64,000 bases of DNA from Octopus vulgaris (GCA_951406725.2 OX597827.1:47244001-47308000), one strand, 5' to 3'. Counted from the stretch's first letter, positions 38,649 through 53,999 are shown. The notes: generated by a model from the sequence alone, not told the origin. A program made the numbers and translations.

Positions 38649-40304
38649 CGCGTGTGAGTGATTACACACACACACTAATAGATGTCTTCGAATGTTTGTA
38701 TTTTCCCCCTCACTGCTTGACAACCGGTGTTGTTAACGATATAATAAGTACCAGGATGTAAACAAATTGATCGTCTAAGCTCCCGAAGGCCGTACACTAG
38801 TACGGGCTCAGTCCAGTGTTTGCGTCAATTAAGAAATAAAATACAAGATACCACCTGCAAACGTACAACAAATAACGATTTGGTGAAACAAAATGTAATT
38901 AGAAAATCAACAGATGTTCTCCGCAGTGGACCAGACCTTCATCACTAGTAGTGATGTTTTCTTTGTTTATGGGGGCAGGTAGATTCACCACAAGCAGGTA
39001 AAGCCATTTACCAAAAGCTCCCATCATTGATCAATCGCAAATCGTTGTTGCGCGTATACGATTATGCAACAGAGCTTATTGTCCATGTAACTCAGGAAAA
39101 CATTATGGCACTAAATATGCCGCTTGTTCTTTACTGTTCTTACATTTGTTTCATTTGATTATCATCATTTCACGTAAATGTAACTCTATTTAGAGGGGAA
39201 ATAGTTTATTACCATGCATGCGTAAATGAAAGCAGGGTATTATAATCACTTGTCTTTGTCTGTGTGTTTGAAAAAATTCTGGAAAATGGCTTAACGAATT
39301 TTCACCACGTTTGGCAGAAATACTCATTAGGAGAGTGACTCGAAATGATGTACATTTGGTTTGATTATCTTTAAAAAAAAATTCCAACTTACAAATTTCG
39401 CAATACACAAGTGATCCAGTTATTTTGTTCACTTTCTTTTTCATGATTCAGCCCTCGTCTGCATGTGTATAGATTAAGGTGTATCTATGTGCGTAGGCAC
39501 GTGTACGTGCATACATGCATGTATACATACAAACATACATACGAATCTGTGTGTTTGTGTATGTATACAGATGGAATCCAAGGTTTCATTTATTTACGAG
39601 TTGATTTCTTAACTCCACCGGAGTATAAATACCTATAATCATCTCTTCATCTATGTCCTCCCACATCTATAATAGTGATAGCTAAAAAAGCAAAAATATT
39701 CTGTTCAATTAAAAGGCGTGTGTAAGCAACGCCTTGTAAGCCACACTATAATCTGCGAAAGCATTATCTAGGCCTCCGATGTCCTTTTTTTTTCATTAAA
39801 TGTGATGAGGTTAAAAATGATATTGAGTGAATCTTTTCATCGAAACCTAAAGAATTTTGCATCCCAGGGATCCAAAATTTGGCAATCAGATGAGATTATG
39901 TACTGAATAATGAGGAGAAATATGATACAATATGTCAATTAAAACCAGTCCAAAGAAGCCCTTATCTGTCATCCATCTTGAAATGCGACGGGACTGTATG
40001 TATCTATACATACATACATACATACATACATACATACATACAGACATACATACATACGTACGTTCATGTATTTTTTTTCCTTCAAATGTAAGATCTCTTC
40101 CCTGACAGACGCTCGTCTCATTCTATGATGGAATCAAACTACAAACATTATCATGGACCACCAAGCTTCCAGAAATAACTGTTGAATTTGTAATACAGTT
40201 ACTCATCCTATTTAATTCTCTATATCATTTGTATTGTGTAAGCATTTGATAAACTCTATATATTGATCTGTCTAAATTGCTTATCCCTACATTTACTTTA
40301 TATA

Positions 40305-40821
40305 CCGTAAATCGAGTATAGTCCGCCCTTGAGTATAATATGCAGGGGATTTTTAGATGGGTGTACCTCTGAAACACCTAAACCTTGTGTATAATACACA
40401 TTCCTTCTCTAACTTGAGTCGTGCGTAATTAAGCCAGCAGCATCTAGTCGAACAAACACTTCCGCGCATGCGTAATACAGTAATGGTGATGTTCTTAACT
40501 GTTATATGGGAATGTAAATATATTCACAAATTGTTTTTTTTACAGTTATTCTGTGTTCTAAATACTTTTATCGTAATAAATGTTGCTTACTGCAAGGTAT
40601 GGATGATTATTTTATGACTTCATTACTTTCAGGCTTAGCTTAAGGTATTTTCGCGCCCAACATCACAAAATGCGTCTGAATAAACATTGCCGGGCAGCAA
40701 ATAGAGACTCAGACATTGCTTAGAAAACATTTTTCATTTTTAACCTCGTATATAGTACGCACTAGGGATTTTGACCTTTAAATTTTGGGAAAGAAATGCG
40801 GATTTTACTCCAGGATTGACG

Positions 40822-40822
<1 letters not shown>
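40305..40822. mobile_element. Pogo/Tigger-like non-autonomous DNA transposon
   Basis: TA|CCGTAAATC...GATTGACGG ends with subterminal GAGTATA/GTGTATAATAC repeats. Confidence 0.6.
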
Positions 40823-40870
<48 letters not shown>

Positions 40871-41546
40871 GTTACTTGACTTTAATTTCCTTAATGAATT
40901 TTCCCATAGTTCCTTATTAGCCTTCTATGTTTCGTTTAGAGCAATAGCATTTTAAAATCTATGAACATTTCAAGGCCTTGTTTGTGTTGTTTTAGCTGAC
41001 GATTTTCTGTAGTCGACGCTATTTACAGAATTGAGATGTGGATTCTTCAATTAATTTTTAAATTATCGTAGCTGAAGAAAGTGAATTATCTCTAAAAAAA
41101 AGAGGTTTTAAGACTTTCTTCCATAAATAATGACTTTTATGCTGATGGTATCAGCATGTAACTTCAATACATTAATTAGGTAGGAAGAAATGCAAAAAAT
41201 TTTGCGCCCAGAAATTAGGTCTAAAGACGTTTAATGACCTAATGCGGCGAATATTCTTCGTTTTAATTTTTTAAAACATCATCAATTAGAGTTAAGGCTT
41301 CTGCTTCTAAATTTGTCACCACTGATAAAAATATAATTAACATTCGTGTGAAAAACTATGTCAATATTTGCACAGGCCTCTGCACATTTTGTTGGAAGAA
41401 AAGAATCGACCATATAAAAACAAATGCGCTATTTGATTAATAAGTAATTCATCAGATCCTACTCCCAAAGGAGGAAAGAATATATCAAACTCGGCAGGAT
41501 TTGAAACTATAATACTGAAGTAATACATCGATGCAGCAAAAGGAGT

Positions 41547-41731
41547 GGAGGCACAATGGCCCAGTGGTTAGGACAGCGGATTCGTGGTCGTAAGAAAGCG
41601 GTTTCGATTCCCAGACCGGGCATTGTGAGTGTTTATTGAGAAACAACACCTAAGCGTCACGAGGCTCCGGCGAGGGTGGTGGCGAACCCCGCTGTACTCT
41701 TTCACCACAACTTTCTCTCACTCTTTCTTCC
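41547..41731 (+). mobile_element. SINE family B, head and core only
   Basis: GGAGGCACAATGGCCCAGTGGTTAGG...GGTTTCGATTCCCAGACC. Confidence 0.8.
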
Positions 41732-44700
41732 TACTTTTGCCACAAAGCAGAGGAACCATGTTGTAACCCAATATGGTGTGGTAAACTTTCAGACCTTAGT
41801 CCAGATGCGAATCCTCCAGAATGGTTCAGCTCTCCACCCGTTAAAAGCCACAGTTTACGGAATGATGATAACAACGTAGCTTTGGCGCCCGTGCAACCGC
41901 CAGTCTAACGTTGTGGTGGGTAGATCTTCAAGTTGCCACACGCATTCTTAGTAGCTTACAGTAGGCTCCAATTATAGATTATTCTTTGTGGCTAATGGCG
42001 TGAGTTCTGAGTGGAAGAAGAAGACAGCAACAGTATTTTGTCTGACGCTTATCTGAGAACGTAAACGGATCACAAAATTCATATTTAACCATTTCATAAA
42101 TATACAGTATTCTTTCTCGTATACCGGCGTCTCTGTATTGATTCAGCAAGTACAGCACTCTTACATTGCAACGATCTGTTGAATCTGCTCATAAATTGCA
42201 CTCATTTCTCGACTCTTTATCGATTCCCCAATTACATTTCCTTTGTCTTCATATTCCGACATTTTAGTATTGCTACCAATGTACCCGGCTCACATTTCAC
42301 ATTAATATTTAAAAGCCGATTTTGTCGTATTTTAATGTTTCACTTCACTCTTCATTATCATACAAAAATAATGAAAGAAAAAAATGAAAGAAACGCAGAA
42401 TAATTAGCATGGAATTGAAATAATCTATGTTTTTGGTAATTTACAAAAATAAGCAACCTCGATAGAATAACACGTATTAAAACATACATGCAAACACACA
42501 CACACACACACAAAAAAAACAATACAAACAGTACAGCAACACAGTTGCACTCATACAGAATAGCCATAAATTTTTCTTTGATGTTTCATTTTCTCTTTTA
42601 TTCATAATTGTGAGGAAACGTCCATTTGGTTTTAATACAAAATTTGTACTGCTTAATGAAACCAGGACACACGAGACTGAAAGAAAAAAAACAGAAATAA
42701 AAAAAAATATGCCGTGATTGTAGTTTTCGAATATTCAAATGGAAAAAAGACAACGGCGTTTATTAGAGGACTTTATTTGCTTTCATTGATGATCAAATAG
42801 ATTATAATGCTTATTATTGTATGCAGAATGCACTTAGATTAACATTTAAAAAGATAGAAAAAAATGAAAAAGATAGTTTTCGTGATAATCTAAATGTTAT
42901 TGCTCTGAAATTATCACTCATTTTATGCAGTCAAGAGAATCACAGTTCCAAAACAAGGAAACACGTCGTCGTATTTCATTGATGATTCCAATATTAATTT
43001 TGTATTGTAAAGCAATTTACAATAATCTGTATTCGTTGTCTTTCTTCACACTCTTCGTCATATATGCACAAACATAAACAGATACACATAAACACGCACG
43101 TATACCTAACTGCGGGTCGGTTTGCACGTGTATTTATATCTAAATGCTAAGGAATCTAGCTGTGAGAAACTCTTTGTTTATCCATATATAAAAAAACCGT
43201 GAAAATAAGTTTACATTGTTTTACTTTTCTCAAAGCTAGTCTTTCTAGTATTTAAATTTGCTTCAAGGCTGATTCTAACAGTGTTGGCAGATGGATCGTT
43301 TATATCATCAACCTCGGTACACCACTGGTAGGTTATTTTATTGAACCCAAAAGCATAGCGGCTAAATTTTATCTCGGCGGAAATGTAAATCTCAAACCGT
43401 AAAGAATCGCAAGTCATTTTGCTGTACACATAACAAATTCTGCCAATTGTTTCTGGCCAATGTAAATTTGCTGGAAGAATATGGTCACTAAAATATCGAG
43501 AACAGTATTGGTACCTATTTTGCCCATTATTGATTACCGGTTATTGTTTGACTGGCGAAATTCGAACCAGGAACATAAAAAGCCGCAACTAAATTCTGAA
43601 AACTATTTTGTTCGACACTCTAACAGATTCAATCGTTCAACGTTTTATTCCTAACTCTTAAATGAACTGAATTGTTCATATCTAAATAAGAGAAAGTAAT
43701 TGTGTGGTCAGACATATAATAAAACCCTTATGCTCGATTAGAACTCGTATTAATGAATAAGCAGCCCAAGAGCAACAATACATTATCTATGTAGCTATTT
43801 ATTCTACTTGCAGCACAATTGGAATGTTCTGTTTTATAGCTCTCACCATATACACTATTTCCATTTAGATTTCATACATTTTAAATCGTAAATAAAAAGT
43901 CTTTTATAGCGAGATTTTTTAATGTCTCCTTCTTTGGTTGATCTACCAAAATACATTGTTAAATCATGTATAAAGAATACATTTGATAAATAAATGCTAT
44001 AAAGTAACATTGCAGTAATGTAGTTGCTATTCGTTCTTCTTTTCTTCTTTGTGTATTTACTTTTCACATATGAAAACGAAGTTGTAGCATTTGTGGTGAC
44101 TACTGCTTGTTGAACAAAATGTATTTTGCCATCACCTTCTTTTATGGTTTTAAACTCAGCTAACCGCATTTAGATTTTTGTTGTTCTAGCATAAAACGCT
44201 TCGTATCAAAACATTATGGCGCCAACCAATCACTGTTCGTTTATGGTTAAGTTAAGGTACTTGGTTACCTGGTCATGTGCAATGAACCTAAAGTTGTGTA
44301 ACTTTAGTAAGTGCCGATAAAGAACGCTCCTTTGTTCTTTCGTGAAAGAAAGAAAAAGACAAAAATTTGAAATAACATTGATTTTTCAGGGGAAATGGCT
44401 GTTTTAATTCCCCCAACCCAGAAAAAAACAAGAAAATAATAATGCAAATAACAATAAAGTATATCAACTAAAATATTCCAGCATCAGTCACTAATTTGTT
44501 AATGCAAGTTTAGATTACATATAATTCTTGGGAAGGGTAATCGAGTTGGCCGAAGGCGGTACAGACAACCGCTGTGTTTTTGTACTTTGGAGTTCATTCA
44601 TGTTGTACTTTGGAGTTCATTCAGTTATTGATAGGCACGCTCCTAGAAAAAATGTCTTAACTTACATCAGTATATAGAATAAGTTCTGGGGAGTGAGGTA

Positions 44701-45079
44701 GACTGAACCGGTAAGTTTCGAGCGAACGGAGACATCGATGCGTCAACTGTATTCAGGTGCAACTACTATTTCAAGCAACGCTTGCCTAATTCCTACTCGA
44801 GGTAATATATAACCATTTCAGTTGTTTTATATTGAACACTTTAAATATTGAAAAAGTTAAGCTAAATACAAATGTAAAGGTACACTCTCATCATAGTTGG
44901 AGTCGTTAGTTCAAAGCATGCTGTGTTTGTAATTATATATTAGAACATCATGGGTCAAGTAGCAGCATTAATCATTCCCCGCGATCAAATTCTCTCTGTT
45001 CATGCGTAAAATAAGTCAATAAATTTAGCTGAGAAAATTGATTATAATCTCATATTATGGTAGTTGTTGGTGGTGGTGA

Positions 45080-45172
<93 letters not shown>

Positions 45173-45179
45173 CATTATT

Positions 45180-46608
45180 CAGTAGTTTTATTTTTATAGC
45201 GTGCTTTCACTTCACTACCGAGCGCAGCTCTGTGTGCCTTGGGTATGTGCTGTGATTTGTTGTGATGCTCTGATGGTTATTGTATGGAAAGTGTTCTGCG
45301 TAGGATCTGTGCAGTGCCTAGTAGTGCAATTTTCTGTATGTTATATGTGTTTGTAAGTCCTGGTGTTTTTGTTATGTATTTGTCTGAATATTTTTTTATC
45401 ATGCCTAATGCACCTACTATGATAGGAATTGTTTCTGTTTTCAGATTCCACATTCTAGTTACCTCTATTTCCAGGTCTTTGTATTTTGAGAGTTTCTCCA
45501 TTTCTTTTAGAGACACGTTGTCATCTGCCGGTATTGATACATCAATTAGAAAGCATTTTTTTCTTCATGATCTCTGACAACTATATCTGGTCTGTTGGCC
45601 TTAATTTCTCTATCTGTGTGTATCGGCATATCCCAGAGTATGGTTGCTTTCTCGTTTTCTGTGACCTTTTCTGGTGTGTGCCTATACCATCTTTTTTCTG
45701 TTGTTATTCCATAATGTTGGCATAGCTTCCAATGTATGTAGGTCCCAACTCTGTCATGTCTGTGAATATATTCCTTCTTAGCCAGGACTGGGCAGCTAGA
45801 GATAATATGATTTATTGTTTCTTGTCCATCTCCACATATTCTGCAGTTACTTGTAATATTTCTTTTCATTACATGTTTTTGGTAATTTCTGGTGGGGAGG
45901 CTTTGGTCTTGTGCTGCAATTAAAAATCCCTCTGTTTCTGCTTTGAGTCCTGAGCTTCTCAACCATTGCTGGGATTTTTCTTTGTCTATTTCTTTTGCGT
46001 TTAGTTTAGTCCAGTATTTACCATGAAGGGGCTTTTCTTGCCATCGTTTTATCATGGTTCGTTGCTGTTCTATTTTTAGTTTGGATTTCATTTGTTTTAT
46101 AGCTTTTGTTGTTTCTTCATCTTCTTCTTCTTCTTCATGTTTATTAGGTGGTATGATTTCTTGTTTGATTTGTCAGCTTCCTTAAATACTGAGAACAGTT
46201 TTTTGTTTTGCTCGTGTTTTGCCGCTATCTGGATCAGTTTTCCTTCCTTCTGAAGTAGATATTTTTGCAGTCCTATGGTGGTTATTTTATAGTAGTTTTC
46301 CAGCTGTATAAGGCCTCTACCACCTTCTATACGTTGTATATATAGTCTTTCTATGTCAGATTTTGGGTGATGCATCCTAGATCCTGTCATTATTTTTCTT
46401 GTTTTCCTATCTATTTTGGTCAGTTCATTTCGTGTCCAGTTAAGGATATTGTAGCTGTAACTTATAACTGGGACAGCTAAAGTGTTGATACCTATTATCT
46501 TGTTTTTAGCATTGAGCTCTGTGTTTAGTATTGATCTAACTCGTCTATAATATTCTTTTTTTATTTTCTCTTTCATTTGTGTGTGTTGTGTCTTATCTAG
46601 TTCATGGA
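45180..46608 (-). mobile_element. R4/Dong-clade non-LTR retrotransposon, 5'-truncated, inserted in (TAA)n
   Basis: Frameshifted ORFs 46097-46654, 45546-46091 and 45277-45516: GGRGL thumb, CRICGDGQETINHIISSC (CCHC), RHD, RPDIV and K..KY..L restriction-like endonuclease motifs; flanked by (TTA)n. Confidence 0.9.
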
Positions 46609-46693
46609 TTGCACTACTAGGCACTACACACATCCTACGCAGAACACTTTCCATACAATAACCATTATTATTATTATTATTATCATTATTATT

Positions 46694-47035
<342 letters not shown>

Positions 47036-47589
47036 GAGTGAGAGAGCAGTTCATGCCATCAAAGTGACACTGGGGTAAAATATACGAAGCCCAATATACC
47101 CATCATGACTACCCGTCTGATAACGGTACACCAGGCACATGCATCACAACCATATGTGCGCGACATGATGATCTCATATCAAGATAAACAGCACATGACC
47201 TTGCAGGTGGGGCCCAGTTAGAATTTTCTTCAAGTTGAGTAGCCCATCCCGCTGAAACGGTCCCTGAATAAGGGTTGTTTAAGGATGTTGAAAGAACCAC
47301 CCATGTTTCCAGAGGTGAATTATTTAAACCCCAAAGAATCCCTCTCAACACATGCCTATGATGCTCCCCCACTACTTCTGCTCGTGATCAGAGATGCACA
47401 TATCGTCAGCCACTAAGGGACATGCTCAACTGGTTAAGGTCAAACAACTGACAAGCAAATCTGTGGTATTGAGCAGAATATTTGCCGTAGCCCATCTTTT
47501 ATACCAAGACAAAACAATGTACATGATAACACTTCCAATCAGTTAAGATCAGAAGCCATGAGAGCCACTGCCTGGTACTGCATCAGGGC

Positions 47590-47590
<1 letters not shown>
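47036..47590. mobile_element. Non-coding 555-bp element embedded in (TTA)n
   Basis: Complex sequence with sharp borders and long (TTA)n on both sides; no credible ORF or terminal inverted repeat. Confidence 0.55.
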
Positions 47591-47646
<56 letters not shown>

Positions 47647-47651
47647 CATTA

Positions 47652-47714
<63 letters not shown>

Positions 47715-47715
<1 letters not shown>

Positions 47716-48075
47716 GGCGTGCTGGCAGAACTGTTAACACGCTGGACAAAATGCTAAGTGGCATTTCGCTCGTCTTTAGATTCTGAGTTCAAATTTTGCC
47801 GAGGTTTTCTTTGCTTTTTATCCTTTCGAGCTCGATAAATTAATGGCCAGTTGAGCACTGGCGTCGATGTAATCGTCTGTACCCCAAATTTCAGTCTTTG
47901 TGGCAATAGTAGAATGGATTATCATTATTATCACGTCAGACAAAGTACTTAGCGGCAGTTCGTTCGTCTTTCAGAGCTCCAGTTCTACCTAGGCTCGCTT
48001 TGACTTTCATCCTTTTATGGTCGACAATATAAGTATTAGTTGAACAATGGCGTCGCTGTAATCGACATATCACCC
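47715..48075 (+). mobile_element. Two diverged SINE family A copies
   Basis: GCTGGCAGAACTGTTAAC...GAGTTCAAATTTTGCCGAGG; second core at 47940-48070. Confidence 0.65.
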
Positions 48076-48265
48076 GCCATATCTGAGGAACGAACACAAT
48101 ATTGTTTGAGGAAGCTTTAACCACAGGCACCCGGTGGCTACAAGACCGTGATGTACAATGAGATATTACTTTAGGTAAAGAGTAGCTAGTAACTAATCCC
48201 TTATTTTTAATACCACCAAATTCCTTGAACATTTATAATTAGTAACCAGTCAGACCTTCTATATA

Positions 48266-49448
48266 CGAGGGGTCGTTCATTACAGACTTCTCCTGACTCA
48301 CGCCCAAGGACTGGGATAAACGAAACTTGGTATAATTATTAATCTTTTAACTTGGAAATTATCATTTAACTCATTATCCAAAAAATGATTCCCCTTCAAA
48401 AAAGACTTGGTTGGAAAGAGATGGAACTCAGATGGTGCGATGTCGGGAGAGTAAGATGGATGAGGAAGTATTTCATAGCCGCAGGTGTCTGCTTTCATCT
48501 CGGTAACATGCGCATTGTGAAATAGGGCATTTTGGAGGAGGTGGATTATATTGGTCAGCATGCCACGCCTTTCTCTTTTGATAGCGCCCCTCAATTTCTG
48601 CAGCGGAGACGCATAATATTCTCCATTTAAGGTGGTACTCTTTGCCAGAAAATCTATCATCACTACTTCTCGCTTGTCCCAAAAGACTGTGAGGATCACC
48701 ATGCCTGCTGAGGGTCGGGCACGAGCCTTGTTTGGAGGTGGTGAGTTATCATGCTTCCATTGCTCCGACTGGACTTTAGTCTCAGGATAATTGTAATGAC
48801 CCATGTTCCATCCTGTGTGATAAGTCGGCACCAAAAGTCCTCCTTGTTTTCTTGGCACATTGCCAAAAGAACCGAAGAGCAATTAACTCGTTCCTGCTTC
48901 AGAAAAAAGTGTGAGTATCCGAGGAATCTATCATGCAGGCATCTTCTGTGTGTGCAAATGGTCGTGAATGATGTTCTCCACGGACCCTACACTTATTATC
49001 ACACCTTGGGTAGTTGCCGAAAAGTTATGCGGTGATCCTCTAAAATGGTGGCTTCCACTTTATGAAAGATGCGTCATCAACGGAATGTGGCCGTCCGGGA
49101 ATAGGAAGAGTATGCACCGATGTTCGACCACATTTTAACTGGTAATAACAGTGCTTGACTCAGACGTATGATGGTGCATAGTCACGATAAATTTCTTTCA
49201 TTTCATTGAAAGTGTCTTTTGGTGTACGACCTCTCAAGTACAAGTACGTGATCACTGATCTGCATTCAACTGTCTCCATTGTAATACCTTAGTCAACTTC
49301 AGCAGCCGTAAAAGACAAAACGAAAACTAGTGGTAAACTGCAATTTACAATGTGACATGTAGAGACATGCATCATTATACCTATGCAAGTTTCGTTTCCT
49401 GCAATAAAAGAACGTGTGACAGTGGAAATCTTTAATGTACACGCTTCG
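48266..49448 (-). mobile_element. Mariner (DD34D) element, near full length, decayed
   Basis: ORF 48298-48882: WKHDNSPPP, VILTVFWD, HPSYSPDIAPSEFHLF; ends TA|CGAGGGG...GCTTCG|TA. Confidence 0.88.
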
Positions 49449-49752
49449 TAGATCCAATTTAATATGTGACAGGAATAAGACTATATATAAATGCACAAAA
49501 ATAGAAACAATAAAACCAGAATCAGTTCCATACTTGAAAATAGGAAAGATCTAGAGTACTGGTAGAATAAGTGCGAATATATTTAATATGACGAAGCATA
49601 CATTGAAGAGCGAAAGAAAAAGCAGAAAGTATCAATGGCTACATAAATAGCACAATATGAACATGATGTTATCTAAACGGATATAGACATCCTGTCACCT
49701 GCGACTCTATTGAGGTCCATTATGGTATCGACACGAAGTTCACAGATATGAT

Positions 49753-49875
<123 letters not shown>

Positions 49876-49887
49876 CATACATACAAA

Positions 49888-49929
<42 letters not shown>

Positions 49930-50015
49930 GTATATATACACACACACTTCATCTATATATATATTTACATATACATGCATATTTATATCTATCTATCTAT
50001 CTATCTATCTAACTA

Positions 50016-50070
<55 letters not shown>

Positions 50071-50088
50071 GCTAGCTAGTTAGCTAGC

Positions 50089-50192
<104 letters not shown>

Positions 50193-50195
50193 TGT

Positions 50196-50445
50196 AGCAA
50201 TTGAAGCTTCGAAGATATTTGTTAGCCATTCAAACAACAAACCGTTAGATTCACTTCAACATTTAGATTTACTTAGTGTCAAAACATTTTCGTTGCTCTG
50301 AAACCGCCACCTTTTCACTGACAAAACTTCGTGCTGCATCTGTGTGTTCTTAAACAACTTACAATCATATTCCACGCTGCAATTGTATTTGTTCCAGCAC
50401 ACGATCTCAGATCAAGTTACTTGCTATGCAAGAGCTTCTCCGTAA
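50196..50445. mobile_element. Second, older copy of the 21727 fold-back HHR family
   Basis: Shares AAAACCGTTAGATTCACTTCAACATTTA, GACAAAACTTCGT and CAGCACACGATCTCAGATCAAG...CTCCGTAA. Confidence 0.8.
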
Positions 50446-52160
50446 CTTAATTTTCATTCGTGTCCGAATTTTTCATTGCTCGACCGGTATTACAGACAAA
50501 CTTTATCCAGGACAGACACCAGCTGACAGACCATATTTAACTAACAGAATATTTAATATGAAACTTAGGGATCTCTTGCATGATATTTTGAAGAAGTATG
50601 TTTTGGGAGAGGTTACATGGTACATGTAGACTATAGAGTTTCAAGAGGGTGGACAATTTCTTTGTCATATATTCATATTAAAACAATGGTCCAGAACATT
50701 ATGATAAATTTATTAATGCAGAACTTCCAAATTTACAAACACAACCAATTCTGTTGCAGCATATCACCAAAAGAAGTTACACGGTCCATATGGAAGAGAT
50801 AAACCCAATGCAACATGTATGGTTAATGGGAAATGTAAAAAAACATTGGATCTTTTCGGTTTGAACAGCAGTTTTTTAAAATAATTTGCACGTAACTAAA
50901 CACTTTTAAACTTCGTATACTGGTAGAATGTGTTTATAAAACATCTTTTTCTCTTGTCTTTATTGAGAAAATACAATAGTTTGTAAGATATTTGTTGTTT
51001 TTTTTTCTTCAATTTCTGCAATTTCAAACCAATCAATGACGTCTATTTTAGGTGAAAACATTCTGTGCCGTATGAATATGTCACTCGTTTAAGAAACAGG
51101 TTGGGTTTATTTACATTTGTGAAGAAAAAAAGATACCTTTACCCCCACCGCTAACCCTAACCCTAACCTTAACTAACCCTAACCCTAAATCAGATGGAAG
51201 TGCAATAGATCGATACTAGGGTCATACTTATGGGTGACAATTTCATATGACACCGCTAGAAAAAAACTGCCGTTCAAACCGAAAAGATCCAAAACATTTC
51301 CCTAAAGACTTTCAGGAAAATACATTACACAGTTATAATGCCTATCCACTTTATCGTCGTCGAAATAATGGTTTTACATTTACAAAGTCTAATGTTGAAT
51401 AAGATAATCGTTCAGGAGTATCATATTCCTCCTTCCTTTCAGTCAAATATGAAGGTCATTGTAATGTAGAGATATACCCATCTGTAAAATCGGTTAAATA
51501 TAATTAGCAAATATATTCATAAAGATCATGATCCGGTGACAGTCAATATTGGTGGACAAACCAATGCCCAACAAACACCCAGAGATGAAACTGAAAATTA
51601 TATCAATGGCCGCTATGTATCCTCATCAGAGACAGTCTGGAGGGTTTTATGGTTCAAATTACATGGTTCATATCCTGCAGTCCAACACGTTACAGTTCAT
51701 TTACCCCCAACAACAATACATTTACTTTAATGATGATGATGATATTGAACATATTATCCAAACACATGACAAGTCCACTTACACAATCCTGATTTCCCTG
51801 AATTTTACACATGGAATAATAATCAGAAAATGTGACATCTCTGAAAAGCTAATACACACTCAACTAGGCGTATCTACTTTCGTTCACCAAAGGAACAAGA
51901 GTGACTCAATCTGAGAGCTTTATTCTATCATATTCCCGAAGTTAAATCATTCGAAGATATGAGGACTATTGATGATGAAGTTTGCCATAATTACAAAGAG
52001 GCTGAAACGAAACTGGTTTTAGCACATGATGACCGTGAATACTATCGGACTATGGAGTTTGCAAATAATTCAGCTAATCCATATCAGCTGCGAAGACTTT
52101 TCTGCTCCATTCTTATTTACTGCATTCTATATGTATACTTACGTATATATCTTACACAAT
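50446..52160 (+). pseudogene. Helitron RepHel fragment (Rep domain and downstream linker)
   Basis: PGQTPADRP..TNRIFNMKL, IEFQ, HGPYG, CMVNGKCKK..FPKDF, YPLYRRRNNG, KYEGHCNVE, SVKY, KYIHK, DE...YINGRYVSSSE..WR and HGSYPAVQH..VHLP motifs, with frameshifts. Confidence 0.88.
50848..51290. mobile_element. MITE with 30-bp terminal inverted repeats and 8-bp target-site duplication (Merlin-like)
   Basis: GGATCTTTTCGGTTTGAACAGCAGTTTTTT / AAAAAACTGCCGTTCAAACCGAAAAGATCC; AAAACATT at 50840-50847 and 51291-51298. Confidence 0.9.
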
Positions 52161-52213
52161 TTTATGATACAATGTAAAATACGCTTGCTTAAAGATAGCG
52201 TATTCACACTAGT

Positions 52214-52253
<40 letters not shown>

Positions 52254-52257
52254 GGAT

Positions 52258-52715
<458 letters not shown>

Positions 52716-53614
52716 CATATAAGAGACCAAAATGTACGTACGCTGCTATATATATATATATAGCGACGTACGCTTTCATTTCGCGGTTTAACGATTTTAG
52801 AATAGGCGCATCTAACGACTGTGTAATTTTGCTCGTGGGGGCGAACATCCATTCTCGTTGTGGTCGAACACGGAACCTTGTGAATGGGAAGTGAAATTTT
52901 AACTCCACGACCTTGCATAGCCTGAGTAGTAAGATTGTTGCATCTGTACACCGCACTAACTAACAATGCCACAAACAAAATATCTGAAGAGAATAACATC
53001 AAAAAATACCAAGCAAAATCGCAAAGTATATACAGTTGTATTATATAAATGAAAATGTAATAAACTTTGAAACTATTAAATATGAAGTTAAAACAAACCA
53101 TAAACGTATATGCAGTATCATGTAACAACACAGCAGGAAAGCACTTACTGAATCACACCTTACTAGACAATAACCATAGCACAATATTATATTTTCATAC
53201 GGTAACACGGAGAAAAATAAATCGCAAAGCAGAAAGTTTAATTAGTCACGGTCATAAGGTTTAGAATTTTGTACACGAAAGCTGAGATCTATAAATAGAA
53301 TGATTAGAGACATTTTAATATTTCCACTTATTATGCTATAATGAACAGCGTTGAATAATCAATTGTAAACTTTAAAAACGTACTTAGCCAGACACAGACG
53401 CACACGCACGCACGCGTGAGAACACATTCACATAGGCATAGTCCTATGGTCACATAAGCAGACACATATATCGACAAACAGATACGTGCGCAATGTTCGT
53501 AAGTATGTTTATATCTGTAGTATAGCAGCTACGACAAGTGTCTTTTACTGAAGCCTCGGGCCGACTAAAACCTTGTGGGTGGACTTGGTAGGTGGAAACC
53601 TAAAGAATTCCGTC

Positions 53615-53672
<58 letters not shown>

Positions 53673-53717
53673 AAATATAAATATATATAAATATATATGT
53701 ATATATAAATATATATG

Positions 53718-53775
<58 letters not shown>

Positions 53776-53778
<3 letters not shown>

Positions 53779-53827
53779 TAGAACCTCAGTTTTTGAACAA
53801 CTCTGATCACGAATAAATCGTGCTTTA

Positions 53828-53858
<31 letters not shown>

Positions 53859-53892
53859 ATATCTATCTATCTGTCTATCTATATATCCATCT

Positions 53893-53936
<44 letters not shown>

Positions 53937-53999
53937 TCATATCTGTATAAAGCACGATTTATTCGTGATGGGAGGTGTTCAAAAACTGAGGTTCTACTA
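53776..53999. mobile_element. Tc1/pogo-type MITE with a microsatellite centre
   Basis: TA|CAGTAGAACCTCAGTTTTTGAACA...CACGAATAAATCGTGCTTTATA and its reverse complement at 53946-53999. Confidence 0.8.

Noticed and set aside
43855-44169. 104-aa non-repetitive ORF
   Set aside because: AT-rich, no recognisable motif or splice context; consistent with chance.
44581-44623. 23-bp tandem duplication
   Set aside because: Ordinary slippage duplication with no further structure.
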